Assembly (NCBI GenBank): GCA_037200965.1
Contig: JBBCGK010000001.1
Coordinates: forward strand, 544,001-608,000
Source of the DNA: a bacterium
Lineage (GTDB): Bacteria > Patescibacteriota > Minisyncoccia > Phycocordibacterales > Phycocordibacteraceae
Length of the DNA stretch: 64,000 nt
Reading direction: 5' to 3'
Below, in pieces: positions 63,935 through 64,000 of the stretch (position 1 is its first letter; every line of letters starts with the position of its first letter). Both the position numbers and the translations under genes were made by a program. The notes below the pieces were generated by a model. It was given only the letters and a program-made list of their open reading frames with translations, ran no database searches and was not told the DNA's origin.

Positions 63935-64000
63935 ATAGACATCATACTATGACAAATGAAAAGCCGTCCTCAAACGACTTTTCGTTAGAGAACGGCTTTG

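Larger units (their letters stand above)
60675..64000. mobile_element. Putative integrated element (partial; continues past window end) next to tRNA-Gly(TCC)
   Basis: Large serine recombinase plus low-GC hypothetical genes immediately 3' of a tRNA cluster; boundaries not determinable inside the window. Confidence 0.3.

Noticed and set aside
1-64000. CRISPR array
   Set aside because: No regularly spaced direct repeats of 24-48 nt with unique spacers were seen anywhere in the window.

Overview
This window is a 64-kb, high-GC (~60-65%) chromosomal segment with the gene content and compaction of a Candidate Phyla Radiation / Patescibacteria-like bacterium; the lineage call is an inference from that gene content. 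Genes are tightly packed, with many 4-8 nt overlaps. About 80 features were annotated.

- **Replication and repair core.** The origin-proximal block runs dnaN<-dnaA<- | ->rpmH->rnpA ... yidC. Also present are polA-holA, tsaE, ruvB, yebC-ruvC, xth, cca, rsmA, rpsO, a XerC/D-type recombinase and a UvrD/PcrA helicase interrupted by a 368-aa intein.
- **Envelope and surface.** A MurE-type ligase (5' partial), a class A PBP, a LysM-M23 peptidase and a PilB/GspE-type ATPase.
- **Most notable system.** A 13.6-kb, 14-gene minus-strand operon (25509-38543). It encodes a reduced type IV secretion-like apparatus: a VirB4 ATPase, a PrgI/VirB3-like protein, a VirB6-like protein and a VirB2-like hairpin fused to an FN3 domain. 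Six further secreted or membrane proteins in the operon are uncharacterised, and no VirD4 or relaxase is in the window.
- **Low-GC insertions (presumed horizontally acquired).** An island at 16.4-19.7 kb carries a beta-lactamase-family hydrolase, a VOC/glyoxalase protein and a DUF4145-like protein, flanked by a GC-rich repeat family. A second insertion between rnpA and yidC carries a PhnB-like VOC protein and an APH-family kinase. A DUF4143 AAA ATPase sits between ruvB and yebC-ruvC, and a GrpB-like gene is also low-GC.
- **Mobile DNA.** An intact IS481-like element with 5-bp target duplications. At the window end, a large serine recombinase sits beside a tRNA cluster (Gly-GCC, Pro-TGG, Gly-TCC), consistent with an integrated element.
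- **Other features.** Two toxin-antitoxin modules (HicB-HicA and RHH-ParE/RelE) and tRNA-Lys, tRNA-Arg, tRNA-Gly and tRNA-Pro genes with clear intrinsic terminators.

All domain calls rest on motifs read directly from the translations; no database search was possible.
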